From the NCBI GenBank assembly GCA_051362555.1, contig CM120640.1, positions 65,140,788 to 65,204,787 of the forward strand: a stretch of DNA of 64,000 nt, read 5' to 3'. Origin of the DNA: Lingula anatina. Taxonomy: Eukaryota > Animalia > Brachiopoda. The notes below the pieces were generated by a model, which saw only the letters and a list, made by a program, of their open reading frames with translations, had not been told where the DNA came from and searched no databases. Shown here one piece after another: positions 39,854-51,648 of the stretch. The number at the start of each line of letters is the position of its first letter. The first letter of the stretch is position 1. A program made the translations under genes and the position numbers.

Positions 39854-40694
39854 AGACTTCTAACACACCGCAACGATAAAACTTGATAAACAAGAGGTTT
39901 TAATCAGTGGATCATCCTCTGCACTATACAAAGTGTGACAATCGCTGTTACCTTTTCGCAAAATCTGGTACTCAAAGGGACAGTATAAAACACCGCATTG
40001 TTTTCGACCAAATGGAAGTTTGACTGGACTTCAAAAAAGCCAAAGTTGCACATCTTTCGATTTTCATTTATAGCTTTGATTTGAAAGAGCAAATGTCAAT
40101 GTTCTCGTAAACATTATATACTAAACGGCGACCCCTGCCTGCCCCCTGTCACTTACCAAGCAGCATGCCAGCGCGTTTCGATAGTTATGAATTTAGGCTG
40201 GTCTCCAATATACCCAGGTGCATACTGTACTTCCTGGACTCGACATTTTTCCATTTGCCAATAAAAAATGATCAGAAAGTGAATTTATTGAAGTAAAATT
40301 GAAAATATTATTGTCCATGTCCTGCAGAAGCCATAAAGAGGAAAACAAAACAACAAAACGTATAAATTCTTCAATCAAGATAATAATATATCAAATAAAT
40401 AAAAAAAATCTAATAATAAATAATAAACAAAAAAACATCTAATGCACACGCTTATACTTCGCATGCGTCGTCTTAAACAACACAGATAGGATACTCATTC
40501 TTTTTCTGCAGTATTCATTCGAATGGACTGATGAACCACGATGAAAACGTTATCTCAAAATCTGAGTAAAATATTTTTCTCCACACAGTTTATTCATTTA
40601 AAGAAATTAGCGTTTTATCTTCACTGCCAGATGTGGTTTCGCGGCAGAATGAATCGTTCGGAGAATCTCTTTTATGAGAAATGTAATCACATAC

Positions 40695-40697
<3 letters not shown>

Positions 40698-40760
<63 letters not shown>
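40698..40760. repeat. (CT)n microsatellite
   Basis: Direct inspection. Confidence 0.95.
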
Positions 40761-40763
<3 letters not shown>

Positions 40764-43023
40764 CGCCGCTGTGATTTGTTGTTCTCTCTGTCTTCTCTAC
40801 AGCAGTAGAAGGCTACGCTTTGGTTTTAAAGGATCTGTTGTTGGGGTCATGGAGATCAAACCCAAACGCCTCTGACAGGAGGGTATTTTAGAGAGCCACG
40901 TATCTTCTGTAAGGTGTGCAAAATATACAGAAATGTCTTGTACAGCAATTTATTGGGTTGAATATGGTTTCAGTTAAAAACGGACGTTTTGACGATATTA
41001 TAATGAAAATAATGACGTAGAACTGCGAAAAATTATAAAAAGCATTAGGAATTCACTTTATGTCGACTTCTGATTAAATCTGCTGCGATCAACAGCTGAT
41101 CCTTCTCCTTTACAATGATAATGCGTAAGCATTAGGTCTTTGAAATATCCAATATTCATCCTTCAAAAGGACGCTTTCTGTTACCCTACTGATTGTGATT
41201 CCAAAAGTTCATGAGCCCACTGTTGAAGAAAGTCCGGTGTCAAGATACTGGATCATCACATGGGCCCTGTGGGAAATCATCCTGGAGATCACGAAGAGTA
41301 GTATGGGAGAGGCCAGTGGTGAGAGAACTGACAGTTTTGTATCAAAGTTCGCCTAACCATGCATGCTCACTGGGCAGATGAGTTCTTTAGCTGCATGGCG
41401 TATCCACTGTGATCATTACCTTTTACAGTGATATTTCAACCATATTTCTTCTTTTATGTCAAGGTTTAGACAATTTCTGTAATGACATTAAGACATTAAA
41501 CGGCACATTTCAATTAAACGGCCGAGCATTTAAATTGAAAAAATTTGGCTGCTTGCTAGCCACCTGTTAATCACCTATAATTTAAAAAATTGTAACCCTA
41601 TTCTTTTGTTAATCCCGTTGTTTTTAATGTTTTGTTAGGATATAGTCATAACAAAACGTAAATACATAGATAAAAAAATTAAATCAATATTAAAAATCCA
41701 AGAAATATTGGTTCCTGTAGCCAACGGATGGCATAGCCCTAAAACCTGTAGACATCAAATATAACGTTAGGCCGTTTTGGCAGTCGTTGTCATATTAAAT
41801 GTTTTAACACGAACATAATCTCGCATTGAATCGGCATTTAATTCAGAACCATGCTGGGGATACGTCTAGAAGGGGACTTTCAAATCGAATTTATTCGGAT
41901 CAAATGTATTCATGCTGTCTACTTAAATACTTGACTAAAATAAGAAGTGTGTAGAGAATTCAATATCTGATATTTTTCTATTCCAGGCAATCACACCATG
42001 GCTACTAGCTCCGTGTCCACTGAAGGTTTCTGATGTGTGTTGTGTGCGTACTCGATCTGTACGCCCTCTTTTATAGCTGGTGTTCCTCGCCGACATTTTA
42101 GGTCTCATTTCTATTTTTTAGCCCTGGTACTAATGTTTGCATATACCACGACCTTATAAGTTCACCATAATTTTTTTTATGAAGCAAACTCAAAATCAAA
42201 AAGGCTTTTCTATTACTTTTACTTGTGTACATTAAGGTATAAATAAGTCAAAGTGACATGTCAAAGTAATCGAAATCTTTGCAATTTAATTCTATGGCTG
42301 CGTATTGAAAAATATTATTTAAAAGTGTAACAGGGACCTAAGCTTTATTCGATACTTATTTATTGTTTAGAAATGTTTTAACAATTAAAATTAAATTCTG
42401 ACACAGGTCTTTGAAACGTGAAAACCATCCTGTACGATATCCTTTCAAAGAATAATTTTTCACAAACGCCATTTGGAATTATTCTAAAATGTTTTATAAA
42501 ATTAACAATAAATATGTCTACCGATATGTGTTTTTATTTCTGATGATCTATATACATGTAGATGTAGTATATCGATAATGTAACGCTGTCTACTAATGTA
42601 ACAGCCGCCGCAAACAACATATAGAATTCAATATTGAGTTAATTATTAATACATGTATGTTTCATTTGGATAGCATGACATTCTTAAGTGGTTTGAAATT
42701 GAGCGTGCAGCACTATCACGTATTTTGGTTATTTAGCAACAATAAGTCAGAAAACACCCCTCAAACACTATGTTTTCATTATTTTTAGTTTTTATTGAGA
42801 TTTTGATATTAAGTTTTAATTTAACAAGATCTTGTGAAATACCACCTGCATGTATTTGTTTACGGTCGGTGAGTCAACAGTGACGTCTGATCTTGTGACT
42901 TGTAAAGTGTGTCAAGACTGATAAAACCGAGTATAAAGTTAAGTGTACAATTCCGACGAACAGGATACAAGTAGAACAAGGAAACAGAAAGTGGAAGCAT
43001 TTGCTACTAATTCTAACAGGAGA

Positions 43024-44939
43024 ATGTTTCACGGGCATCACCACGCACGCGAGGCGAACAGAGCACACAGGGTAAGATCACAGAGGTGTGTGTGTGTGTG
43101 TGTGTGTGGGGAGGGGGGGGCGGTGAGTTGGGAGTGACCACCTTGTTTACAGAAGATTGTCGAGGAATAATTAAAAGAAATGTCGACAGAGTTTGTAAAG
43201 TGACAAACTACTCCCACTTAAATGGATATGTATAACTATTGTCTGCTTTGTTCAGTAACCATGTAAGAAAATGAACCATAGAAGTACATTGGGATGGGTT
43301 CGCATTATCGTCAGGAGCTATATAGTCTAGCATTGAACTTTGGAACAATAAATAGATCGACTGAAATTCAGATCCTTTACTTCTTTTAATCTTTATACTT
43401 AGGAATTCAAACCAACGACATAATACTATGTTAATTCTTATACTTTTTCATATCTTTGTTATCTTCATATTACTCTGTATATTTAAATGCACTTTCAATC
43501 CTTAAAAAATCATGCTTGCTCCTTTACAAATAGCCATTTTTATTATTTATCACAGTGATACCATCATTTATCGGTAATTAATATTAGAACAGGTTAAACA
43601 TTGACACATGGGGATGGCACAGTGATGGAAGTTGTTTGAGATTGATTATTAGAACAGAGAAGTATAAACAACAAAAGAAACTTTATTTTTATGAACATTT
43701 CAAATGGCCACGGGTATCTAAAACGGTGAGGTGCGTAGTTTGCACAGTATCCAGTTATAATATGGATCCTTTCTATCTATCTGTTCACAGGATGAGATGC
43801 GGCACGAGGCTAGAGAGGCCAATCTACGACATAAGGCGGCCAGAGCCATGATGCATGGGAACGTCTTCAGAGCCATGAATTTACAGGTACGGTAGATGAG
43901 GTGTGAAAACAAGACCCGTCACGAGGTCGACACACCTTGAAATCTATAGGCCGACATATCTCTTTCCCCAGTTTGCCAGAGGAATACCGTTTTAACCCAT
44001 ACATGTAGAGTAGACTACCTGGGTTTGAAATACGCGCCTCATAATATTAATCCGGTACTATTCCAATAAGATTAAGAAACACGGGGCAGCGATGTGTTGC
44101 ATCCATGACAGTTTTCTGCACATTATATGTATTTAAGCATTTTTTTGCATGCCAGCTTGTATTTCATTCATTACTATATAGCGGTTTGTACGAGCTGAGC
44201 TATATGTAATACATATTTTAAACCTGGTGACACAGTGTTGATATTAGAGTAGGCCTATATATTAATCGTACGCTTGGCTTGAAGCATCCAGTGAACACAG
44301 AATGCAGGAAGCGATCAGCTGATAATGACAGGTTATCATTTACGATGCTTTCCGTTCTCGAAGAAATCTGACATAGACATTGGTATGTTCAACGAGATGT
44401 GTATTTTACAGGCGAAGGCAGAAAATCAACATCAGAGAGCGGAGATGGCACATAACAGAGAAATGTTTGCAAGAGAGGCTATGTATCACCATCACCACCA
44501 CCACTGCCCCCCTCCCCCGCCGTGTGGGGGACCGGTGCCACCGGTAAGTGAACTCTGGGGACACCGCTCAAATTTGTCCGTTTTAAGTCAGTTTTCAGTG
44601 TTTTTTCGCGTTTTTATAATGAACAACTCATTAATGTCTAAACTGAAACGTTCAAACATACAGTCACCCTTTCGTTGTATTTTTCATTGTTACACAAACT
44701 CTCTTGAAGTACATAAACGAAAATAAAATATCCAGTAATAAAAGCTTCAAGAAAGAGATAACGTCTGATATGTTGTTTTATATTGTAGGTGGCCTCTGCG
44801 TACCCGGCGTATCCCCAGCCCTACCCTACTTCATACCCAGTAGGTGTCGTTGCTCCGCCACCGTCAGGTTAGAAAGCCGACGTCGTTGTGTATTTATCTG
44901 GTGATTTACTGTAGCAACATGATAGATCAATTATTTATT

Positions 44940-44972
<33 letters not shown>

Positions 44973-45368
44973 GGGGGGGGGGGTCTTTTATTGTTCGTAA
45001 GTAAATATCCTTACTCAAAACGTTATGAACGGATATGGATATGGTATGTTCAGGATGGGTATAAAGTGGGCTAACCTAAAACCAATTAGATTTCACTAAT
45101 GATCCATCAATCAAGTAATTAATTAATTGTTGAAAATAAATATTGGACTGCACTGACCGAGGTCTGCGCTCTCTGCTTGCCCTTTCTAGCGATAAAATGA
45201 AACGAAAACCGAAAATACACTCAGTTCAACATACACATGAATCATTTGTATTTGTATGTGTTTATTATTTCAGGTCCTCCTCCTCCTTACAGTGCTCCAG
45301 CCTACCCTCAGCCAGGAAGTCCTTACCCACCCCCTCCATCTAATCCATATGGATATCCACCACATTAA
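43024..45368 (+). CDS. Uncharacterised 149-aa protein: His/Ala/Arg/Met-rich N-half, poly-His, Pro/Tyr-rich C-half with PPPPY motif
   Basis: Exons 43024-43071, 43791-43886, 44412-44543, 44789-44867, 45274-45368 have canonical splice sites and compatible phases (450 nt). Exons are GC-rich within AT-rich introns. TATAAAG at 42932. Confidence 0.75.
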
Positions 45369-46896
45369 TAACTTGTATATATATAGACTCAAACAACAAG
45401 TTTCTACGCAGCAAGAAAACTGTGAAATGTACCTTGTATGGACTTCGAGAATACAACATCTATCTGTGATGGACTCCTTAGCACTTTCCAGGATCCAAAG
45501 TGATCTATAGAACATTGTCGAGTAATGAAATACGAGAGGGCTAGCCCTCGTTTTCCAGTGGCTTTGTATTTTATTATAAAAATATTTAAATTATTAAAAA
45601 ATATATCTAACGTTGTAACTTGAAATGAGGATATAACGTACAGAGGCTAACAAAAATCTAGATTGACATTTACGCGTACCTTAGCCAGTAAATTACTGGT
45701 ATCTTGGTGGTGAAATATATAGTTTAGCCTTCTGTGGCACTAAATAAAACATGTTTAATACATATCATGATGTTATGAAAATGTGAGTTTCACTACACGT
45801 AGAAGTAAAATGAAAAATGAAGGGAGAACTGATGAAAGAAAAGAACAGATATCTCTGATCGTTAACACCGGGAAGTACTGAAATGCGTACAAACGTCCTG
45901 TCACCGATTATAAATTAAAGAATATCTGAAACATATCTGAAGGGAAAAATAAGTAAAGAATCTAACCGGTTTTCTACTGCATGTAAAATTTCAAAAACAT
46001 AACTGCACAGAGTATATCTTTCAAGTATTAAATTTTTCAATTTCTACACTAAAAAATAGAGCTATACCTGACAGATCTTTCTTCAGAGTATATCTTGTTT
46101 CGCGTCTCTCAGGTGTTATAATTGGACGCACGCGTTGGCCCGCGTCATCTTCATTTCATAGTGTTTGTGTCCAATAATAAGTTGAATGGTAGGAAAAGAC
46201 AAGCAAAAAGATTTAATTATGTGCGTAATGAAACCAAAAAGTGCACTTCAAGTTGTGCATTTCGAGTTCCTGATTTTGTTTGTTCACTGACAGGTCTTAT
46301 GTACCAGGTCGATAGATAAACCAGAATAGGTTTCGTGTTTCACGGCTCTACGATTTTGAATATTATGATCCGTAAATTCGATCCTACTTCTTGTGCTGTT
46401 AAACTGCATATTAACAAAAAATACTGACGTGAATCGATTTTCGTGGAAACTGTTCGTTTTTTAATAGTCAGTTATTAATCTGAGCGTCCCCTCCCATTCA
46501 ATGTTCTGTCGCAGCTTTCCAATTGCATTAGGGGAAATTTCTTTTGATGGACTTCTGTGAAGATCTTCACTTTCACAATAAGGCTTAATTGACTTATTCT
46601 TTCCCCAAAGGGACAGACTCATTTCCACTCAGCCAAAATATTTTCTAAAGAAATCATGGCCGAAGAACCCACTCCGCCCCAGGTTGTGTTCCTTTATGTT
46701 AATACACGTAAAGGGGGATACTGGCCTATAATATGCTCAGCCGTTATTAATTATTAATCTGCATTGTTCTAATTATCTCCAGTCAAGGGTCTTAAAATTG
46801 ATGGAAGCTCCAAGCTCCCGGTGATATTAGACTGGTCCTGTATTGATTAGCAAGCGGGAGTGCTCAAGAGTTGCGGAGAGATTACCTCTGCGTACA

Positions 46897-48634
46897 ATGG
46901 CAGGAGATGGCAGACGGACCACAACCTGGCTGGCTGCGCTTCTCTTCATGGATTTTGTCAAAGGTTTTGCTTTATTTTTCAAGGCTTTCGATGAAATTGT
47001 GCTGGGAAAAAAACTCACTTGCATTGAGTGAATATGTTTTTTGTTGTGTTTTTTTTAAAGTAAAACTGGAGTGTGTTAATGATAAGCCTATGTGAAGCTA
47101 TTATCGAGTGCAGGTATTTTAGATTGCCGTTTGACCATTCCAGGGGAAATTTCTTGTTATAGCTATGTGCATTTAATCCTAAAAAAAGAACTAATTATTA
47201 AGATTTAATCGAGTGGTTCATTTTCCAGATGTGACAGCATTCTCGTGTGTGCAGTGTTCTACCAACAAACCTGACCAAGGCACCAAAAGCTGTAAGGACG
47301 GCTTAATCCCCACCCCCTGTTCAGAACGCGGGCTCGACCATTACTGCTTCACGGGTTACACCTTAGATGTCAACGGTAAGTGTATGCCTGGTGGACAACA
47401 GCATGGGGTTATCGATGTCCAAGAAATACCAGGAAAACTATTAGGAACTACAAATATTTGTCATTTGCCCAAGTCACATAATGGTCAATTATTTCAAACG
47501 AGGGGACAGATTTTGGTGCGCAAATATAGTCTAAATGGAGTTTAGATTTCCAACTCTCAGTATTCAAATTCTATTCTGCTAAACAGTCGATAGGGATTAG
47601 ATTTGCCTCAATTATTTTCACCCTTAACTGGTGTAACTACAGTTGTTTCACAGGATTCTGGTTCAACTCATTTCTTGAGTGGGGAAATGCTCTTTCAGGA
47701 AAAAATTACAAGAGCGGAATCGGTACAAACTCAAAACAATTATCATCAATCTTCTTCTTAATTTATTCATTCATGTATTTGTTTATTTATCGACAGGGTT
47801 GTCAACATAACAGTGCTTAAAACTCATTGTAAACATACTAACACCTGAAAACAAAGAGAATCGATACTACAAAGCCATAAAAATGAGTTTGCAGCCCTCT
47901 GTTGGCATTTTGCCAATTTTGTGAAAGCTACGCAAATCTAAATGTTTTTCACAAGTCAGATCACCTCTCAACGTTAAAAAGTAAATTTGAGGTGGGGTGG
48001 CGTTGGGTGTACACATGAACACCCACTGCAGGGGCGAATCTGGGATTATTTGAAGGGGGTCTGTGGATGCGAAGCCGACCCCCCCCCCCCCCCCCCCCCA
48101 ACACTTGGCGTGGGGTTCGGGGCCCAAAATTATTTTAGTATTTTCGAAGGCGAACGTTGGCATTTGGTTCGGTTTAGAACTGTGATACAGCAAGTCAAAA
48201 TTCAAATTTCAAGAGGGGACCAGAAATCGAAGGGGGGGGGGTTAGTCAGACTCCAATAAATTCACCTTGTCGTTATTTCCGTTACAGACTCGCTGCTTCA
48301 CGTCCACCGTGGCTGCACGCCCGTCTCTCTGCATGGCTGTATGGAGGTTCTTCCTTTACCACACCAATCACAGCATCGCCCTGTCAAGAAGTCGGAAAAA
48401 TTCCTACTCATGAAAGAAAGGGGCGACTTCTTTGAAAATGCCACGCTGGCAGACGACCACTTGAAATCTGACAGTTACCATGGTAAATCCACAGGAGAAG
48501 TGACTTGCTATGAATCCTGCCAGCTGGATGGCTGTAACCATGGTACCAGTGTTCATTCAGACCTCGGAAATGTAGCTAGTATCACAATTACCATAATAGC
48601 GTTCATGCTAATACGAATAAACAAATATATTTGA
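46897..48634 (+). CDS. Quiver/sleepless-like Ly6/uPAR three-finger protein, probably GPI-anchored, 186 aa, 3 exons
   Basis: Exons 46897-46963, 47229-47375, 48288-48634 with phase-1 introns. Signal-like N-terminus ending VTA, then FSCVQC...C...C...YC...RGC...GC...CYESC..DGCN (10 Cys), and a hydrophobic C-terminal tail. Confidence 0.8.
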
Positions 48635-48749
48635 ACATTTATCCAATTTGTTAGGGCGACAAATCCCCAAGGTGACTTTATTTAAAGTTAGCATTCTAAA
48701 AATTATAAAAGAACATCAACTTCTCTATAACATTCCATAACTAAAAAAT

Positions 48750-49062
48750 ACACTCAGAGAGTGCAGATCTACAACAAGTTCAGTCATCATTATCCGTTTA
48801 TTAATCCACTAATCAACTTAATTCACACAAGTATCCCTAAAATCTAGTCTAATTCAGACATAGGCCTATCCTGAAAATTTCTCCAAAATTTATCAACTTT
48901 TTTTATTAATTTCTCCAATAGTCTATATAACTAACGAATGGATCACCACCAGAATATTATCTTTCATTACTCGTTTCTGAAAAATGCCAAAATTCATTTT
49001 CAGCTTTTTCCATGTTGCTATCAGTAAAAATGGGACTTAAAACAACCTCCTTGGTGAAGGTG
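48750..49062 (+). mobile_element. Degenerate interspersed repeat resembling a Helentron/HINE-like family
   Basis: Motifs CACTCAGAGAGTGCAGATCT, GGATCACCACCA and terminal AACCTCCTTGGTGAAGGT resemble, from recall, a widespread aquatic-animal non-autonomous element. Single copy in this window. Confidence 0.35.
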
Positions 49063-49599
49063 CATGCAAGTGGTCAAAAGCATATGCTGGTTTTATTGAA
49101 TTCAGGATAAAGAAAGGTTCGAGACGTGTAATCGTGTATTCATCCATACATGCCATTTTAAACACTGGATGTCACCAACAGCAAGATTAATTTTTGGCAC
49201 CAAATCTCCAAAGGGGTTCTGAAAAATTGATGTGTGATTAGAAACAAAAGCTTAAGACACATTGTTGCTCTTGTACTAAGGCAAAGTATTTATTAAAACA
49301 TTCTTCAATGACAGTTAAAATTGTACATATCCATGGCATTATTGTCCAATTTATGCAAATGAGATATATAAGCAGTGTAGATCAACTGGATTAGATCAAT
49401 TAAACACCTTTTATCTAATCTACATTCCACAACTCAACACCACTATCCAGAATCAGTTCATCATTGTCTATCTACACAGGTAAAATGCATTACAAGCTAA
49501 AATGTATCCAACACGTTTAAAACAGTCCAGCTGCTGCTACCCCCCCCCCCCCCCCCAAAAAAAAAGAAAAAAATTGCTCTTCCCTTGTGGAACTAACAC

Positions 49600-50641
49600 C
49601 TAAGCCTTCTTCACCTTGGGTTTCTTTTCTTTACTCTGAAAAATAAATACAATAACTTCTTAATTATAAACAGCCAGGAAAGGAGTATAGGTATTTTAAA
49701 AGGGCAAATTATTCGCGCAAAATGTGCAAGATGAGCTCACTATCATTAAAGATATAATATGTCCAAACAAGTTTTCCAGCTCGTATCTTGGACTGGAAAT
49801 CGCCCTGGCTGAACAATATTCATTATCAACTCTCTACAGTGAAACTATGTATGATCTTGCACTTCAGTTTTTCAACTACTATATCATACATCTCGTCAGG
49901 TATTTATGCATGTGTAGTTCTAAATTACTGCCTATTGTTTAGATGCCATTTTACCTTTGAGTCGAGTTTTTGTCCCGTGGATATCTTGGGTTTGGCAGGG
50001 GACTTCGTCTTTTTTGTTGGCTTTTGGGTTTTCTTTTGGTCAGAGTCCATCTTCGTCTTTGTTTTGCTGACCTTCTTCTTGGGGGATTCTTCGCTACTAG
50101 TTTTCTTTTTGGGTTTAGGCGATTTATCAGTGTCGCTTACTTTTTTCTTAATTTTTACAGATTTCCCGTCCTTGGTTTTGGAAGATTTTTCTTCTGATTT
50201 GCTGGAAGATTTAACCTTTTTGGATTTTTCGGCTGCCGCCTTTTCTTTCTTCTTCTCAGCCTCTTTAACTTTCTTTTCTTTTGCCTTTCTTTCCTTCTCA
50301 ATTTGCAGTTTATTTAGTTTGTACCTGCCGCTTAGTCCTGCCTTGTTTCCCTCAGCTTCTATGTGTTTTTTTGGTCGGATAAGAATTCCTTCAGCAATCC
50401 CTTTCTCTAGCGCTTTACGGAGCCGAGTTCGCACCATATTTGGGTCGACTTGGTATTTCTCCACCAAAAAATTCTTCATGGCGGGAACCGATGACCCTTT
50501 GGCGCCATCATCGAGTGTGGTAATGGCATCCACTACCATAGACAGAGTACTGGGGCCGCTTGCCGCGGGAGCAAACTTTTTCTTCAACTTGGCCGCCGTC
50601 TTGACGGGACTTGGGGAAGCAGAATTGTCAGAGTCACCCAT
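49600..50641 (-). CDS. Linker histone H1 variant, oocyte/cleavage-stage type (H1oo/B4-like), about 240 aa, 2 exons
   Basis: Exon 50641-49955 has an H15 globular domain (PSTLSMVVDAI...GSSVPAMKNFLVEKY...LRKALEKGIAEGILIRP...GLSGRYKL) and a Lys/Ser-rich tail. AAG|GTAAAA donor splices to 49635-49600 (SKEKKPKVKKA*) after a strong tatttatttttcag acceptor. No histone stem-loop seen. Confidence 0.85.
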
Positions 50642-51117
50642 TGAAAAAGTGATTTGATTCTGCTGGCATGAAAAGCTCCACGTCACTTGATCAGGTTGAA
50701 CAGACTGACACGAGGGTAGAGAAGTTGTCAAATTTATATTACGCGCGCGGACCTTGCTGAAAACACACCTTTTCGCGCGTTAGATACAAGTACTCATTGC
50801 TATGCGGCCATTTTTCGAAGAGTTCATGATATCGGTGTTCTTTATTGATAGCTGAAACAACAATGGATGCATTAATAACAGAAGGGTGTAACTGCATTTC
50901 GAAATTCGATTTAAAAAAAGGCGGTTGTCGGTCTTTTGTAAAAGCTTGTCTTGGTCATAGGACCTTCGTACTAGGTGATGCTGCCATCTATGGTCACCGC
51001 GAATTGACGTCATAAGAGGACTGCTTGAAGTCCATGCCTGTTCTTGGAAATGGAAAGAAACATCATGTAAACGCCAGCTCTCTGTTTCAGAATATTGGGA
51101 ATATGTATTCTCTTTAG
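50642..51117. promoter_or_regulatory. Putative bidirectional promoter between H1 (-) and the RasGEF gene (+), including a non-coding first exon of the latter
   Basis: CpG-rich. E2F-type TTTCGCGC at 50771-50778, palindromic CRE TGACGTCA at 51005-51012, donor AG|GTGAGT at 51117/51118. Confidence 0.55.
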
Positions 51118-51648
51118 GTGAGTAATATATTTGTTTTTATATATTGTTTATTTGACACATACATATAATGTTAGATCGGCAGTCTAGACTCTAGTAGTAT
51201 TTTTTTACCTTTAATTTATTGAAAAATAATGTAGAATACTGGCATATTAAGTTGTGTAGTTATCATTTATGTCAGATGTGAAATGGGCTGCGCCATCAGG
51301 CTCTATCCAGCTGCAATTATCCCCCTGGGCTAATAAAAAAGTTAAAATTTTTACATAACTCTGTTATGAAGAAGATTTACAGATTAAGGTCACATGATGG
51401 GCCAAGAAACAAATCTAGAGTGCTTGGGGATAACTTCTCATCTCCACCTAAAATTTTCTATTCTCACATGTTCCAGAACAATTCTTTAAAGATATACATC
51501 ATGTTTAAAACACCGTGAATTTGAATTGTTTCACTGTATGTCAATTTGAAATGGAAGAAATGACAATCTTTTGTTTCCTCCAGGTGAGAGCTGTACAGTG
51601 TAGGAGCTGTGTGTATACGTGAGCTAGGTCAGACTAGTGTGAGCAGAG

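Noticed and set aside
49788-50657. 289-aa Phe/Leu-rich + strand ORF resembling a membrane protein
   Set aside because: Antisense shadow of the Lys-rich H1 coding sequence
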